Origin: Candidatus Nanohaloarchaea archaeon | GTDB lineage: Archaea; Nanohalarchaeota; Nanosalinia; Nanosalinales; Nanosalinaceae | Length of the DNA: 64,000 nucleotides | NCBI GenBank assembly: GCA_014297435.1 | Contig: JACOQA010000002.1 | Coordinates: 185,961 to 249,960 of the forward strand | Reading direction: 5' to 3' | Part shown: positions 39,873 through 50,229 of the stretch, one piece after another | Layout: every line of letters starts with the position of its first letter | Position numbering within the stretch: the stretch's first letter is position 1 | Position numbers and translations under genes: made by a program | Notes under the pieces: model-generated | Told to the model about the DNA's origin: nothing | Database searches by the model: none | The model's input: the letters and a program-made list of their open reading frames with translations, nothing else

Positions 39873-40760
39873 TTACCAATCATCCATATCCATGTCTTTG
39901 ATATCGTCTTCTGAGATGTTGGAGTCGGTTTCGATGCCTCTCTCCTGCTTGATCTCCTGAACTAGTGTTGTTAGTTCACGGACGTTATCGACTAATGAAG
40001 GAAGTACCTGTTGGAAAGCTTTTTCGAGTCCTCCGATCCTTGACTGGTAGGAGTCGATATCTTGCTCTATCTCGTTCATCTTGTCAATGAACTGTGTCTG
40101 ATCCTCATCATCTCGTACCTCAAGATCGTGTACTCTTTCATCTAGTTCATCTACTTTCTGTTTCAATTCGTCTATTTCCGAGTATGCGTTTTCGAACTCT
40201 TCCTCAACTTTCTGGAAGTTCTCCGCTACAATTGTTTCTATTAGTTCCTCTACCTGCGAGGTTTGTCCTTCCAACTGCGGATTCTGTTGTTGCTGTGCGT
40301 TTTGCTGTGGCTGAGGGTTTCCGCCCATCGGCGGCTGCGGTTGCTGATTTGGTGCCGGTTCAGGGTTTGAATCGTTCATTCCATTATTTTCATCTTGATT
40401 GTATCCTTCGTCCATAGGCGACACCTGGTCTCCACCTCCCTGGTAAGGAGTCATAGGCTCAGGTCCTTCCGACTCTCCGGAAGCTTTAGAAGTAACTGCC
40501 TGTGTCACAGCTTTCTGTATCTCTTGATCTGAGTACTGACCCTGAAGCTCGCTCTTAATCTCGTCTTCAGAATAGCCTTGATCAAACATTTCGTTTACCT
40601 GTCTCTCGAGACCCGAACTGAAATCGTTTCCCCCTCCTAGTCCTGAGGACTGGCTCTGGTTTAAGCCACTTGAGCCGGACAGACTGTTAGAAGAACTGGA
40701 GGAACTAGTATCTGAAGAATCTTCTTCGTCTCTCAGCCGGCCAAAAAGTTTGAACTTCAT
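39873..40760 (-). CDS. Protein with a disordered N-half and a C-terminal coiled coil
   Basis: S/Q/P-rich linker, then VEELIETIVAENF...RIGGLEKAFQQVLPSLVDNVREL heptads. Confidence 0.75.
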   Translation of the reverse strand: MKFKLFGRLRDEEDSSDTSSSSSSNSLSGSSGLNQSQSSGLGGGNDFSSGLERQVNEMFDQGYSEDEIKSELQGQYSDQEIQKAVTQAVTSKASGESEGPEPMTPYQGGGDQVSPMDEGYNQDENNGMNDSNPEPAPNQQPQPPMGGNPQPQQNAQQQQNPQLEGQTSQVEELIETIVAENFQKVEEEFENAYSEIDELKQKVDELDERVHDLEVRDDEDQTQFIDKMNEIEQDIDSYQSRIGGLEKAFQQVLPSLVDNVRELTTLVQEIKQERGIETDSNISEDDIKDMDMDDW

Positions 40761-41218
40761 ATTTTGTCCTCTCCAAAGGCGTTACTACCTGTTTGTTCTT
40801 CCATGCTTTTAATCTTCCTGTCTATCATTCTTTCGACCTCGTCCTTTGTAACCCCTTCTCTTTCTGACATCAGCTTCTTTACCTCTTTTTTAGTCATAAA
40901 AGAAGACTTTATAGGGTTCATCAGCTCCATGTAGTTCTCTATCTCTTCTATTTCCTGTTTAGAGACGTATTTCCGTCTTTCACGGTTAAGATCTTTTATG
41001 TCGACCTCCATATTCGCCATTCTGTCCCTGATCTCTTCTATCTCGTCTTCAAGCTCCTGTATATCGCCTGAAAGATCTTTTGTCTTTTCTAGAACAGTGT
41101 CGTCAAGAGTGTTGACTCTAGCGTTAATGTTTCTGACCTGTTCCTCCAGGTCTCGGACTCTTCGGTTGAAGTCGTTGACCCGGTTCACGATCCGGTTCAT
41201 CAGGTCTTGCTGAGGCAC
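40757..41218 (-). CDS. Coiled-coil protein divergent from the pilus ATPase
   Basis: RRVRDLEEQVRNINARVNTLDD heptads. Confidence 0.75.
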   Translation of the reverse strand: MPQQDLMNRIVNRVNDFNRRVRDLEEQVRNINARVNTLDDTVLEKTKDLSGDIQELEDEIEEIRDRMANMEVDIKDLNRERRKYVSKQEIEEIENYMELMNPIKSSFMTKKEVKKLMSEREGVTKDEVERMIDRKIKSMEEQTGSNAFGEDKI

Positions 41219-41247
41219 ACCTTTTATTCACCAACGGTTGAATATTA

Positions 41248-43509
41248 ATGGTAATGGCTGTACAGGACAAGGACGTCTTTGATTACGAGTACGATGACGA
41301 GTCAGGAAAGATAGAGATAAACCTTCTAGGCTCGGTCTACGGCGCCTCAATCGAAGACTACCCCGAAGTAATGTCCCGAGTAATAAACATACTACAAGAA
41401 GTGCCCGAAGCAACCTCCGTAGTGCTATCAGAATCAAGGGACTACGAGTACGATCAGGAACAAGTACATCTGCTGAGAGAGATATCTAACGCAATAAGAG
41501 ACATATCCTCACAAGGGTACCTATCTCAAAGCGTCAGAACAGACAAATGTGAATCGCTTTACTCCGAACAACTTCCCGAAGTCCAGAGAATAGTTGTAGA
41601 CCAGTTAAGAAAAGATCCTGTCGGTGCATACGTACAGCTTAGAAGGAAAGAAAGACACCTAAAACAGCAGAGGAACGACTCGTATCCTCAGAGACAGCGC
41701 TGCATCAAATTCTTCATACAGGACGTAGTTAATCCGGTAAAAGATAGACTGGAGGAGTGCCAGCTTATCCAAGATGCGGTGAGAGAAGATTTTGTTACAG
41801 GCCACCATGTAGGCGACAGAGAAGTTTACAGAGAGTATTTCCATCCATTGGTTCGTCCTAACTTCATGCTTACGAAGTTCATGAGCTTGCCTCCGGAAAG
41901 AGGCAAAGAAGTAGACCGCTACACTGTTAAAGAGGATGTAGAGGTGTCGATCTACGAAGTGCCAGACCAGGTGCAGCCGGTTTACCATGTCGATCCTCCG
42001 GAGTTCAGTCTTCCGGAAGAGAAGTACCGCTTGCTGGATGCCGCAAGAAGATTCCTCGCCTCTCACCAGCCAGAGTCGGGGGAGTTCGCGAGACCGGAAA
42101 GAATGCGAGATGTATTCCAGAACATCGGGAGAGACATGATCCGTGATATCTCACAGCAGATGGACATACAGCTATCGGGAGAAGAAATGGAGGAAATGAC
42201 CTCAATACTAAACCGTTATACTTCCGGACTAGGCGTACTAGAGCTTTTACTTGCTGATCCAAAGATTCAGGATGTTTTTATCAACTCTCCTATCGGAAAC
42301 TCCCCTATCTACATCAAACACCAAGATTATGAGGAATGTGAGACTAATCTAATTCCTACGAAGGAAGAGGCGGAATCTTGGGCTACACGTTTCAGGATAA
42401 AGTCAGGAAGACCTTTAGACGAAGCTAACCCGGTACTTGACACAGAAGCAGAAGTGCCTGGCGGAAGAGCAAGAGTAGCAATTATACAGGAAAACCTTTC
42501 GCCGGAAGGATTAGCATTCGCGTTCAGAAGGCACAGATCGAAAGCATGGACGCTGCCATTATTCATACACGAAAACTTCATCAACTCTATAGGCGCAGCA
42601 TTACTATCGTTTATCGTGGACGGCAACAGATCGGTTCTTTTCGCAGGTACGAGAGGTGCGGGTAAAACGTCGCTCCTTTCAGCCTCGATGCTCGAATTAC
42701 TGAAAAAAGACAGAATTGTAACCGTTGAAGACACGTTAGAACTTCCTATAAGGCAAATGAAGGACTTGGGGTTCAACCTTGAGTCCATGAAATCTCGTTC
42801 GGTTATTACTCAGGTTGAGAATGAGTTGGCGGCTCAGGATGCGATCAGAACCTCTCTCAGACTAGGCGATTCGGCACTTGTTATTGGAGAGGTCAGATCG
42901 GATGAAGCTAAAACACTTTACGAGGCTATGCGTGTTGGAGCCGTTGCAAACTTTGTAGGAGGAACAATTCACGGAGAAGATGCTTACTCAGTATTTGACA
43001 GGGTTGTAAACGACTTGAACGTTCCGAAAACTTCATTCAAGGCAACAGATATTATTGTACAGGTAAACAAGATCCAGTCGCCAGACGGATTAGAAACTTA
43101 CAGAAGAGTCACCGGGATCACCGAGGTCAGGAAAGAGTGGACCGATGATCCTCAAGAGGAAGGAGCTTTCGTCGATCTGATGCGTTACGACTCGAACAAG
43201 GACGAGCTGGTCCCTACAGACACTTTGTTGAACGGAGAATCACTTATCCTGAACAGGATCGCCGAGAACATCCGCGAATGGAAGAACGACTGGGAGGCGG
43301 TCTGGAACAACATCCAGCTTAGAAAAGATATTAAGGAAGAGATCGTCAGAAAAGCCGAAGAGGAAGGAGAAGAATACCTAGAAGCAGACTTCACTGTAAA
43401 GGCAAATCAGAGATTCCACATTCTTTCGAACAAGGTAGGCGAAGAGTATGGAGGACAAGATCCGGAAAGAATTTTCGCCCGCTGGAAGGAATGGCTTAAC
43501 CAGCAGTAG
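41248..43509 (+). CDS. Type II/IV secretion-system (pilus assembly) ATPase with a long N-terminal extension
   Basis: Walker A GTRGAGKTS, Asp box TVEDTLEL, LRLGDSALVIGEVRSDEA, GTIHG. Confidence 0.92.
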   Translation: MVMAVQDKDVFDYEYDDESGKIEINLLGSVYGASIEDYPEVMSRVINILQEVPEATSVVLSESRDYEYDQEQVHLLREISNAIRDISSQGYLSQSVRTDKCESLYSEQLPEVQRIVVDQLRKDPVGAYVQLRRKERHLKQQRNDSYPQRQRCIKFFIQDVVNPVKDRLEECQLIQDAVREDFVTGHHVGDREVYREYFHPLVRPNFMLTKFMSLPPERGKEVDRYTVKEDVEVSIYEVPDQVQPVYHVDPPEFSLPEEKYRLLDAARRFLASHQPESGEFARPERMRDVFQNIGRDMIRDISQQMDIQLSGEEMEEMTSILNRYTSGLGVLELLLADPKIQDVFINSPIGNSPIYIKHQDYEECETNLIPTKEEAESWATRFRIKSGRPLDEANPVLDTEAEVPGGRARVAIIQENLSPEGLAFAFRRHRSKAWTLPLFIHENFINSIGAALLSFIVDGNRSVLFAGTRGAGKTSLLSASMLELLKKDRIVTVEDTLELPIRQMKDLGFNLESMKSRSVITQVENELAAQDAIRTSLRLGDSALVIGEVRSDEAKTLYEAMRVGAVANFVGGTIHGEDAYSVFDRVVNDLNVPKTSFKATDIIVQVNKIQSPDGLETYRRVTGITEVRKEWTDDPQEEGAFVDLMRYDSNKDELVPTDTLLNGESLILNRIAENIREWKNDWEAVWNNIQLRKDIKEEIVRKAEEEGEEYLEADFTVKANQRFHILSNKVGEEYGGQDPERIFARWKEWLNQQ

Positions 43510-43519
43510 GTGATAAGAG

Positions 43520-45667
43520 ATCGAAGACGAAGAACAAGAAAGGATAGAAGAGATTGTAAACGATCTTGACCGCGACCTAGAGATGCCGCCCTATGACGAA
43601 GGCTCTCAAAAAGGTTATTCCCGTGAATACAAGAACTATAAGGAGGACGAGGAGATAGAGAGGTCCAAGACAAGGTACGAAAGGCTTTGCGTCACTATGG
43701 CGTCGTATCTTAACTTGAAGGCGGAGGAAGATGCACAGGAAAAACTCTCTCCTCCACTAAGACTACTAGGTTGGGATATAACTCCAGGGATGGTTTTATC
43801 CGCCTCTGTAGGGGTCGGAATATCATCTTTCTTCGCTTGGTTCATGCTTTTCGCCATTAACATGGCTTTAGGCAATATAATTCCTTTCTCGATGATGATT
43901 ATTTCAGCTATCGTGCCTATCGGGGCAGGTGTTTACACATTCTACAAGCCTATCTACGCTGCCAAGAATAAGGTAATCCAGTCCTCAGGAGAAATGATTC
44001 TTTCCATACTCTACATGGTTATCTACATGCGTTCTTCTCCCAATATAGAGGGCGCTATACGCTTCGCAGCACTTAACCTGGATGGTCCGATTTCAAAAGA
44101 CCTGAAAGGTGTTTTATGGGATTTAGAAGTAGGTAACTACGCCAGGATAGAGGACTCGCTGGAAGACTATACTAAGGCGTGGAAGAACTATAATGATGAT
44201 TATCTCGAGTCTTTACAACTTTTGAGAGCTGCAACAAATGAACCTAACAAGGATAGAAGAGAAAGACTGCTTCAAGACTCAATTGACCGAATTTTAGATG
44301 GAACTCAGGAGAAGATGAAGCACTACGCCCAAGGCTTGAAGACTCCTGTCATGATTCTAAACGCTATGGGGGCTATGCTTCCGGTTCTAGGTATGATCAT
44401 GCTTCCTCTTATCTCAGTTTTCATGGGTGGTGCGATCACAGAAATGCACTTATTCCTCCTGTTCAACGTGATGCTTCCATCATTCCTCTACTGGTTCATG
44501 CAGAAGGTACTTAGTTCAAGACCTCCGACCGTAAGCTCTCAGCCAACCAGTAAGAACGATTTACCTGAGAGGGGAAAGTATCAAGTCGAAGTTTTGGGCA
44601 AGCAGCTAAAAGTTCCTACTTGGCCTATCGGACTTATAGTGTTTCTGACGGTAGGGATGTTCGGTTTTATAGGCTACCTGATCTTTCCTCACGTCTATCC
44701 AATCACAACTGAATTAGGGTATATTCCTGACCTATTCTCTACCGCCGGTGGAGAACCTAACTCTCTTATGATGCTGATGAGAAGCGTTTCGATAACGCTT
44801 GGTCTCGGTCTTGGAATTGGCATATCAAAGATACTAGGTAACAAAGCAAGAAAACAGGCTGAAGAACATTTGGAGAAGATTGAGGGTCAGTTCCCTACTG
44901 CGCTTTTCCAGCTAGGGAACAAGATTTCAGGGGGAACTCCTGCAGAGCTTGCTTTGGAGCAGGCAGCAGAATCAACCTCGGATCTGGAGATTTCAGGTCT
45001 TTTCCAGTACGCATCGAGAAACGTGAGGGACATGGGTATGACTTTCGAGGAATCTCTTTTCAGCGACAAGTACGGTGCTTTGAGGAAGTATCCTTCGAAG
45101 ATGATCAATACAGTTATGAGAGCCATACTCGAGTCCTCTGAAAAGGGTACTAAGATGGCTTCTATGGCGATGATGACAATCTCTCGTTATCTTGACAATA
45201 TTCACAAGACGCAGGAAGATCTCAACGATCTGATGGAAGAAACTACAACAACTATCCAGATGCTTGCCTATCTTCTAGCTCCTATTGTATCTGGTGTCGC
45301 GGTCGGTATGTCTCAAACGATTATTAATGCAATGTATAAGCTCAGTCAATCATTTAATCAGGCACAACAGAGCCTTCCTGATTCGGCTGCCGGTGGTGCA
45401 GGAGGGTCTGGTACAAGCTTTGGAGGGCTTATCAGTAATCTTGATACTGCTATTTCACCTGAAATCCTACAGTTTGTTGTGGGGATTTACTTGATCCAGT
45501 TGCTCTTTATTCTCTCAACGTTCTACATGAAGATTGAGCATGGAGAGAATATGACTTACAGAAACATGTTCATCGGAAAGGTACTTATTGTCGGAATGAT
45601 ATTCTATAGTGTAACCCTAGTGATTATTTCACTGCTCTTCGGAGGGATTGTCGCGAATGTGGCGTAA
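43520..45667 (+). CDS. TadC/GspF-like pilus assembly platform protein; start at ATC 43520 or ATG 43583
   Basis: Two T2SSF-like halves (ILSILYMVIYMRSSPNIEGAIRFA; QFPTALFQLGNKISGGTPAELAL); follows the ATPase. Confidence 0.85.
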   Translation: MEDEEQERIEEIVNDLDRDLEMPPYDEGSQKGYSREYKNYKEDEEIERSKTRYERLCVTMASYLNLKAEEDAQEKLSPPLRLLGWDITPGMVLSASVGVGISSFFAWFMLFAINMALGNIIPFSMMIISAIVPIGAGVYTFYKPIYAAKNKVIQSSGEMILSILYMVIYMRSSPNIEGAIRFAALNLDGPISKDLKGVLWDLEVGNYARIEDSLEDYTKAWKNYNDDYLESLQLLRAATNEPNKDRRERLLQDSIDRILDGTQEKMKHYAQGLKTPVMILNAMGAMLPVLGMIMLPLISVFMGGAITEMHLFLLFNVMLPSFLYWFMQKVLSSRPPTVSSQPTSKNDLPERGKYQVEVLGKQLKVPTWPIGLIVFLTVGMFGFIGYLIFPHVYPITTELGYIPDLFSTAGGEPNSLMMLMRSVSITLGLGLGIGISKILGNKARKQAEEHLEKIEGQFPTALFQLGNKISGGTPAELALEQAAESTSDLEISGLFQYASRNVRDMGMTFEESLFSDKYGALRKYPSKMINTVMRAILESSEKGTKMASMAMMTISRYLDNIHKTQEDLNDLMEETTTTIQMLAYLLAPIVSGVAVGMSQTIINAMYKLSQSFNQAQQSLPDSAAGGAGGSGTSFGGLISNLDTAISPEILQFVVGIYLIQLLFILSTFYMKIEHGENMTYRNMFIGKVLIVGMIFYSVTLVIISLLFGGIVANVA

Positions 45668-45761
45668 AGGTAACGTGGAAACAGTTGCCATGGTAGGAGT
45701 ATTTCTCGCTATAGTCACGATGGCATTCCTTGCGGTCTGGCTGGAGATGATGCCAGTATGA
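45657..45761 (+). CDS. 34-aa pilin-like microprotein (not in ORF track)
   Basis: MWRKG-NVETVAMVGVFLAIVTMAFLAVWLEMMPV, a class III signal-like sequence; overlaps both neighbours. Confidence 0.65.
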   Translation: MWRKGNVETVAMVGVFLAIVTMAFLAVWLEMMPV

Positions 45762-45940
45762 AAAGGAAAGGGATGAACTTTGACATGGTGCTTTGGATAT
45801 TTGTAGCGATCTTTCTGCTTCTTGTGCTGGCGCCAACATCGTTAACATTAGTAAATAATGCTCAAGGCTCAGTTGAAGGATGTTCGATGTGGGCTTCAAT
45901 CCTCTCAGATATAACCGGCGGCATGGTGCAGTTCTGTTAG
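45758..45940 (+). CDS. Small pilin-like protein
   Basis: MKRKG-MNFDMVLWIFVAIFLLLVL class III signal peptide; two Cys. Confidence 0.75.
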   Translation: MKRKGMNFDMVLWIFVAIFLLLVLAPTSLTLVNNAQGSVEGCSMWASILSDITGGMVQFC

Positions 45941-45949
45941 AGGTGATTA

Positions 45950-47824
45950 GTGATTATAAAGCATATATTTGGTATTGCGGTGATGGTAATACTAGGATCA
46001 GCTCTTATGGGGTCACTTAACTCCATAAAGGTCAACTCTCTTGATCCGAGCGCTGAAAACACCTCGCAAACCATCGAGGAATTTGGTCGAGACAAGTCAG
46101 TTAGAATAGGTTGGGATGAGGAGGAAGAGGAAAAAACAACTCAAACTATTGCAAGGAAGCAATTTGAAGGTTTGTTGGTTTGGAATATGCTTGCAGCGAG
46201 CGATTGTATGTTACTTCAGGTTATAGATACAGGAAATACTAAAAGCACGCTAAACGATCTTAGAAAAGATGGAGATCCTGCTTATACAGGTTTTGGGGGT
46301 TTTGGACCTCTTCTAAGAACAGGTTTTGAAGGTAGGTGTGCGGAAGCGGATAGTGTAGGTTATCAGATAAAGAGGACTGCGTATAGTATGGCTAAAGTCC
46401 CACAGTTTAATGCAGAGAGAGTTGGTTCACCCGCACACGATATGGAAGGGAACTTTGGAAGAGTAGGTTTCAATGTTAGTGAGAGCTTTCATATCGATAC
46501 AAAGGGTGATAATGGCATCCTCTTAGGTTTCCACGGTAAATATGAATCGCCGGATTTAGTCAACCAGATTCAATCTATCTACTCAGATGTACAAGGTAAA
46601 GACAATCTACCTGATTTCTGGATAGCCCAAAGAGCTTCAATAATAATACCTCCGAATTTAGCGCCTTCGGGAAGTAGAACTTCTGTTTTTAAGCTGTATC
46701 ATAGAGAGGGGGAAAACAGTGAATCGCTCATAAATTTTGATGGTGTATTCAATGGCTTTGGATATACGGATAATCCTAAAGGTCACAAGCTATATGCATG
46801 GAGACCTTCGGCGCATGAAGTGCCATGGGTTTTCGAGAACCAGAGAGGTCTCCATTCTATTGATGTAAACAACGGAGAGACGATGCTGGATACAGCACTA
46901 AGAAGAGGAGAGTGGCATTTCTGTGAGGGTGCTGAAGGACAAATAATAAGCAAAGCAAGATCCTTTTCCAACACGGGAGAGGCGTCCGGTAATAATCCGA
47001 AAAAAGAGGACTCGGTTTTCCCAAAGATAACACTTTTTGATCCTGGAGAGGGTGACGGATGTGAGCCTGGAGGTCCTGAGGGTTTCCCTGAGCGTGTAAC
47101 CACTAGTAGTTCTTACCAGGATACAATATCGTGCTCTAGACAGGAAGCTGCGAATAAAAAGATCCCTGAGGGTAGTAGAACACTTCTAGGATATGATGGG
47201 CAAGAAAAAATGTTTGTAGGTTATGGTTGCGGTCTTCAAGAGCATAATTTTGATTTTGGAAGCCATGATTTTAACAGAAATAACCACTATGATGGAGAAG
47301 TAACTTTCTATACGCCTGCGGTCTATAGTTCATGTTCTTACAATCATAAATGGTACAATGTTCTTCCTCTAAAAGACGGTATCGCTCCTGAGGATGAAAA
47401 AACTCTCAAAGCTGGTGAAGCAGTTAATTTTGATCTAAATGAGCATAATGAGATAAAAAAACTTCAAATAACGTTTGAAAAAAGAGATGGTGCGGACTTA
47501 GATGTTTCAATGGGAGAGAAAAAAATCTCAATAAACTCTTCTAATAACAAAGCTGGGGTTGCTGAGGACTCGACATCAATTGAAGGCGGATATGATACGG
47601 GCGTATATGAATTAACATATCGGCGTGAAAGCGCAGTTGGTATCCCTGGAGGCGAAGATGCTTCGTCAGGTAAACTCATACTTCGTGCTGAATCTGGGGA
47701 GGCCAATAGAAAGGTTTTCCTTTCGACAGGAGTATATGATATAAACTCGGTTGAAGTAAATGCTGATTCGGGTCAAGTATCTTTGAGAGATGTAAGTCTC
47801 TATTCTTATCCTACTCAATGTTGA
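45950..47824 (+). CDS. Large Cys-rich minor pilin/adhesin-like protein (paralog A)
   Basis: N-terminal hydrophobic helix; colinear with 48021-50033. Confidence 0.7.
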   Translation: MIIKHIFGIAVMVILGSALMGSLNSIKVNSLDPSAENTSQTIEEFGRDKSVRIGWDEEEEEKTTQTIARKQFEGLLVWNMLAASDCMLLQVIDTGNTKSTLNDLRKDGDPAYTGFGGFGPLLRTGFEGRCAEADSVGYQIKRTAYSMAKVPQFNAERVGSPAHDMEGNFGRVGFNVSESFHIDTKGDNGILLGFHGKYESPDLVNQIQSIYSDVQGKDNLPDFWIAQRASIIIPPNLAPSGSRTSVFKLYHREGENSESLINFDGVFNGFGYTDNPKGHKLYAWRPSAHEVPWVFENQRGLHSIDVNNGETMLDTALRRGEWHFCEGAEGQIISKARSFSNTGEASGNNPKKEDSVFPKITLFDPGEGDGCEPGGPEGFPERVTTSSSYQDTISCSRQEAANKKIPEGSRTLLGYDGQEKMFVGYGCGLQEHNFDFGSHDFNRNNHYDGEVTFYTPAVYSSCSYNHKWYNVLPLKDGIAPEDEKTLKAGEAVNFDLNEHNEIKKLQITFEKRDGADLDVSMGEKKISINSSNNKAGVAEDSTSIEGGYDTGVYELTYRRESAVGIPGGEDASSGKLILRAESGEANRKVFLSTGVYDINSVEVNADSGQVSLRDVSLYSYPTQC

Positions 47825-48020
47825 GGTAAGATGTTTTCTAAGAGTCATTAACCTATAAATTCAAAGATTAAGAACTTTCATTATATGTATAAATCTCTCA
47901 AAACTGTTAGCCTGGCAACCTCAAAACATAATTATGGTCGCCTTTATGAAAGTAAGAGGAGTGAGATACGATTCTAATAGATTCTGCCGGTTTTGAGACA
48001 GTTTCTAGAGGTGATTAGCG

Positions 48021-50033
48021 ATTATAAAGCATATATTTAGTATAGCGGTCATGGTAATACTTATTTCGTCGTTTATGGCTGTGCTTAACTCTATAAAAGT
48101 AGAATCATTCGATCCGGCTACAAACAACGCATCCTCAACGATAGAGGATTTTGGAAGAGATAAATTCATTGAAATAGGTAGAGATACTACCTTAAATGAT
48201 GGTAATGGTGAGATAAAAGATGATTCCCAATTCGCAAAAAGGCAGTTTGAGGGTTTGTTGGTTTGGAATATGCTTGCAGCGAGCGACTGTATGTTGCTAC
48301 ATATAATTGAGAACAATAACCCTGAATTACACCTAAAACACCTCAGAGATAACAAAGAAACAGGTTATGTAGAGTTCTTCGGCTGGTCAGAACTGAAGAA
48401 GGCAGATTTCGATATGACCTGCGCACAGGCAGGAAGTATAGGATTCGAAGTAAATAGGCAAAGCCCCACAACTATAATTACTATGGATGCAAAAAGGGCA
48501 GCTCAACCAGGAAAGGACATGGAGGGCAACTTTGGTAAAACACGGTTTAATATAAGCAAAAGCTTCAGTATAGATTCATTAGGAGATGACGGTATTCTAT
48601 TAGGCCTTAAGACGAAATTTGAGGAAGCAGGGGCTTTAGATGCGGCTTTTGGCGAATTGGAAGTATTTGATTCGGGTCCGGACTCGGCGAACATGCCCGA
48701 CTTCTGGGCGGGTCAAAGGGTTTCGGTTCTCCGGCCTCCAAGCCTAGATCCAATGAACTATGGAGATTTGTATAACCGCCATATGTACATGATACATCCT
48801 AGTACAGATAATAATAACAAGGAAGACAGGGCAGGCTATCTCCATTTCGGTTCACAGTTCAATGATTTTGGCTATACAAATGATCCTGTAGCTTATAAGT
48901 TCTCAGCGTGGCGTCCTTCAGTGCACGATGGGACTTGGGTCTTTGCTAATGGTAGGTCGCCTCATAAAATTAAGAAGGATCTCTCTGTAGGTGATGGTGA
49001 AAGAACAGGTCGAAAAGTGCTTATAAACTCAATAAAGAACGGAGAATGGGTTTTCTGTAAAGGAATGGAGGGATATGTTATTTCGAAAGCTCAAAGGTTC
49101 AGTAACCTAGGAGAGGCGTCCAGTAATAACCCGAAAAAGGAGGATACAGTTCTACCTAAAATTCAGATAACTGAGCCGGGAAATGGCACTAACTGTCAAG
49201 AGGGCGGGCCTGATGGTTTCAACGAGTTCGTTGGCCATCAAAGTAAGATTAATAGAAATGGAGTAGAATTTAGCTGTAGTAGACTACAAGCGGCGAACAA
49301 AAAAATAACGGATAAAGAAGCCTTAAAAACTGAAATAGGTAAGCAAGATGGAGAAATGCAGTATTTAACTTATGGGTGTGGTCTAACACAACATACTTTT
49401 GATTTTAACGATTTTGAATGGTCTGGAGTTACTGTAACGGTTTCAGAGACTGGTCAAGGCTCTACACGTGAAACGCGTGCGGGTCAGCATTATCAGGGTG
49501 CGATGACTTACTATACTCCGGGAATGTGGAAGAGCTGTCCGTCCGGTTATGAGAACTATGAAATTCTCTCACTAAAAGACAATCTCGGTGAAAATGGCTA
49601 CAAAGAACTTGGCGGCGGTGATAACTCGATAAGTTTTGGGAACGACCAATTTAGTAATATTCAAGGCGTCGAAATTATTTACGAAAAAAGAGATGGTGCT
49701 GAACTTGAGCTCGATATAGGCGGTCAGACCATCTCTGTGGAATCTTCGGGTTCTAACTCGCCAGGAAAACTTTCTATAGGTTCCAACACGGATGAGTTAG
49801 ATGTTAGCTACGAAACAGGTGTTTATATGCTTGACTTGGTCTCATTCGATGGAATCGCTGGAGGCGACGGTTCTAACTCTGCCTCCCTCATAGAAGAGGG
49901 AGGGGAAGGTCAAGGTATAGGAGCTATGGGAGCTGACTACAACAATATTGAATCATTTGATATTACCAAGCAAGGTTCAGGTGAAATCATTTTGAGGGAG
50001 GTGAGAGTAGATGCAAAGCCCACAGAGTGCTAG
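48021..50033 (+). CDS. Large Cys-rich minor pilin/adhesin-like protein (paralog B); start at ATT 48021 or ATG 48051
   Basis: Shares RQFEGLLVWNMLAASDCMLL, DMEGNFG, AWRPS.H, NNPKKED, YGCGL and EKRDGA with paralog A; similarity extends upstream of the ATG. Confidence 0.7.
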   Translation: MIKHIFSIAVMVILISSFMAVLNSIKVESFDPATNNASSTIEDFGRDKFIEIGRDTTLNDGNGEIKDDSQFAKRQFEGLLVWNMLAASDCMLLHIIENNNPELHLKHLRDNKETGYVEFFGWSELKKADFDMTCAQAGSIGFEVNRQSPTTIITMDAKRAAQPGKDMEGNFGKTRFNISKSFSIDSLGDDGILLGLKTKFEEAGALDAAFGELEVFDSGPDSANMPDFWAGQRVSVLRPPSLDPMNYGDLYNRHMYMIHPSTDNNNKEDRAGYLHFGSQFNDFGYTNDPVAYKFSAWRPSVHDGTWVFANGRSPHKIKKDLSVGDGERTGRKVLINSIKNGEWVFCKGMEGYVISKAQRFSNLGEASSNNPKKEDTVLPKIQITEPGNGTNCQEGGPDGFNEFVGHQSKINRNGVEFSCSRLQAANKKITDKEALKTEIGKQDGEMQYLTYGCGLTQHTFDFNDFEWSGVTVTVSETGQGSTRETRAGQHYQGAMTYYTPGMWKSCPSGYENYEILSLKDNLGENGYKELGGGDNSISFGNDQFSNIQGVEIIYEKRDGAELELDIGGQTISVESSGSNSPGKLSIGSNTDELDVSYETGVYMLDLVSFDGIAGGDGSNSASLIEEGGEGQGIGAMGADYNNIESFDITKQGSGEIILREVRVDAKPTEC

Positions 50034-50196
50034 TAAAGGTTTGGAAGCTATCGACTCTACAGCCAAGATAACTCTGGCTGTAATAATTATGGTGGCGTTA
50101 ATCGTTGCGATAACAGGACTTCTTGATCAAGGTCTTTCTGACTTTCTTTCCGTAGCTTCGACAGGTGAAGAAGGAGTCATACCGAAATATAGGTAA
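50011..50196 (+). CDS. Small pilin-like protein
   Basis: SKG-LEAIDSTAKITLAVIIMVALIVAI. Confidence 0.65.
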   Translation: MQSPQSASKGLEAIDSTAKITLAVIIMVALIVAITGLLDQGLSDFLSVASTGEEGVIPKYR

Positions 50197-50229
50197 GCTA
50201 TAAATTCGGTTACAGGAAGTGAAACTTGT

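Noticed and set aside
41248-45667. Archaellum motor (FlaI/FlaJ), or an intein in the ATPase
   Set aside because: No flaH/F/G or archaellins nearby; the ATPase motifs are contiguous with no intein splice motifs
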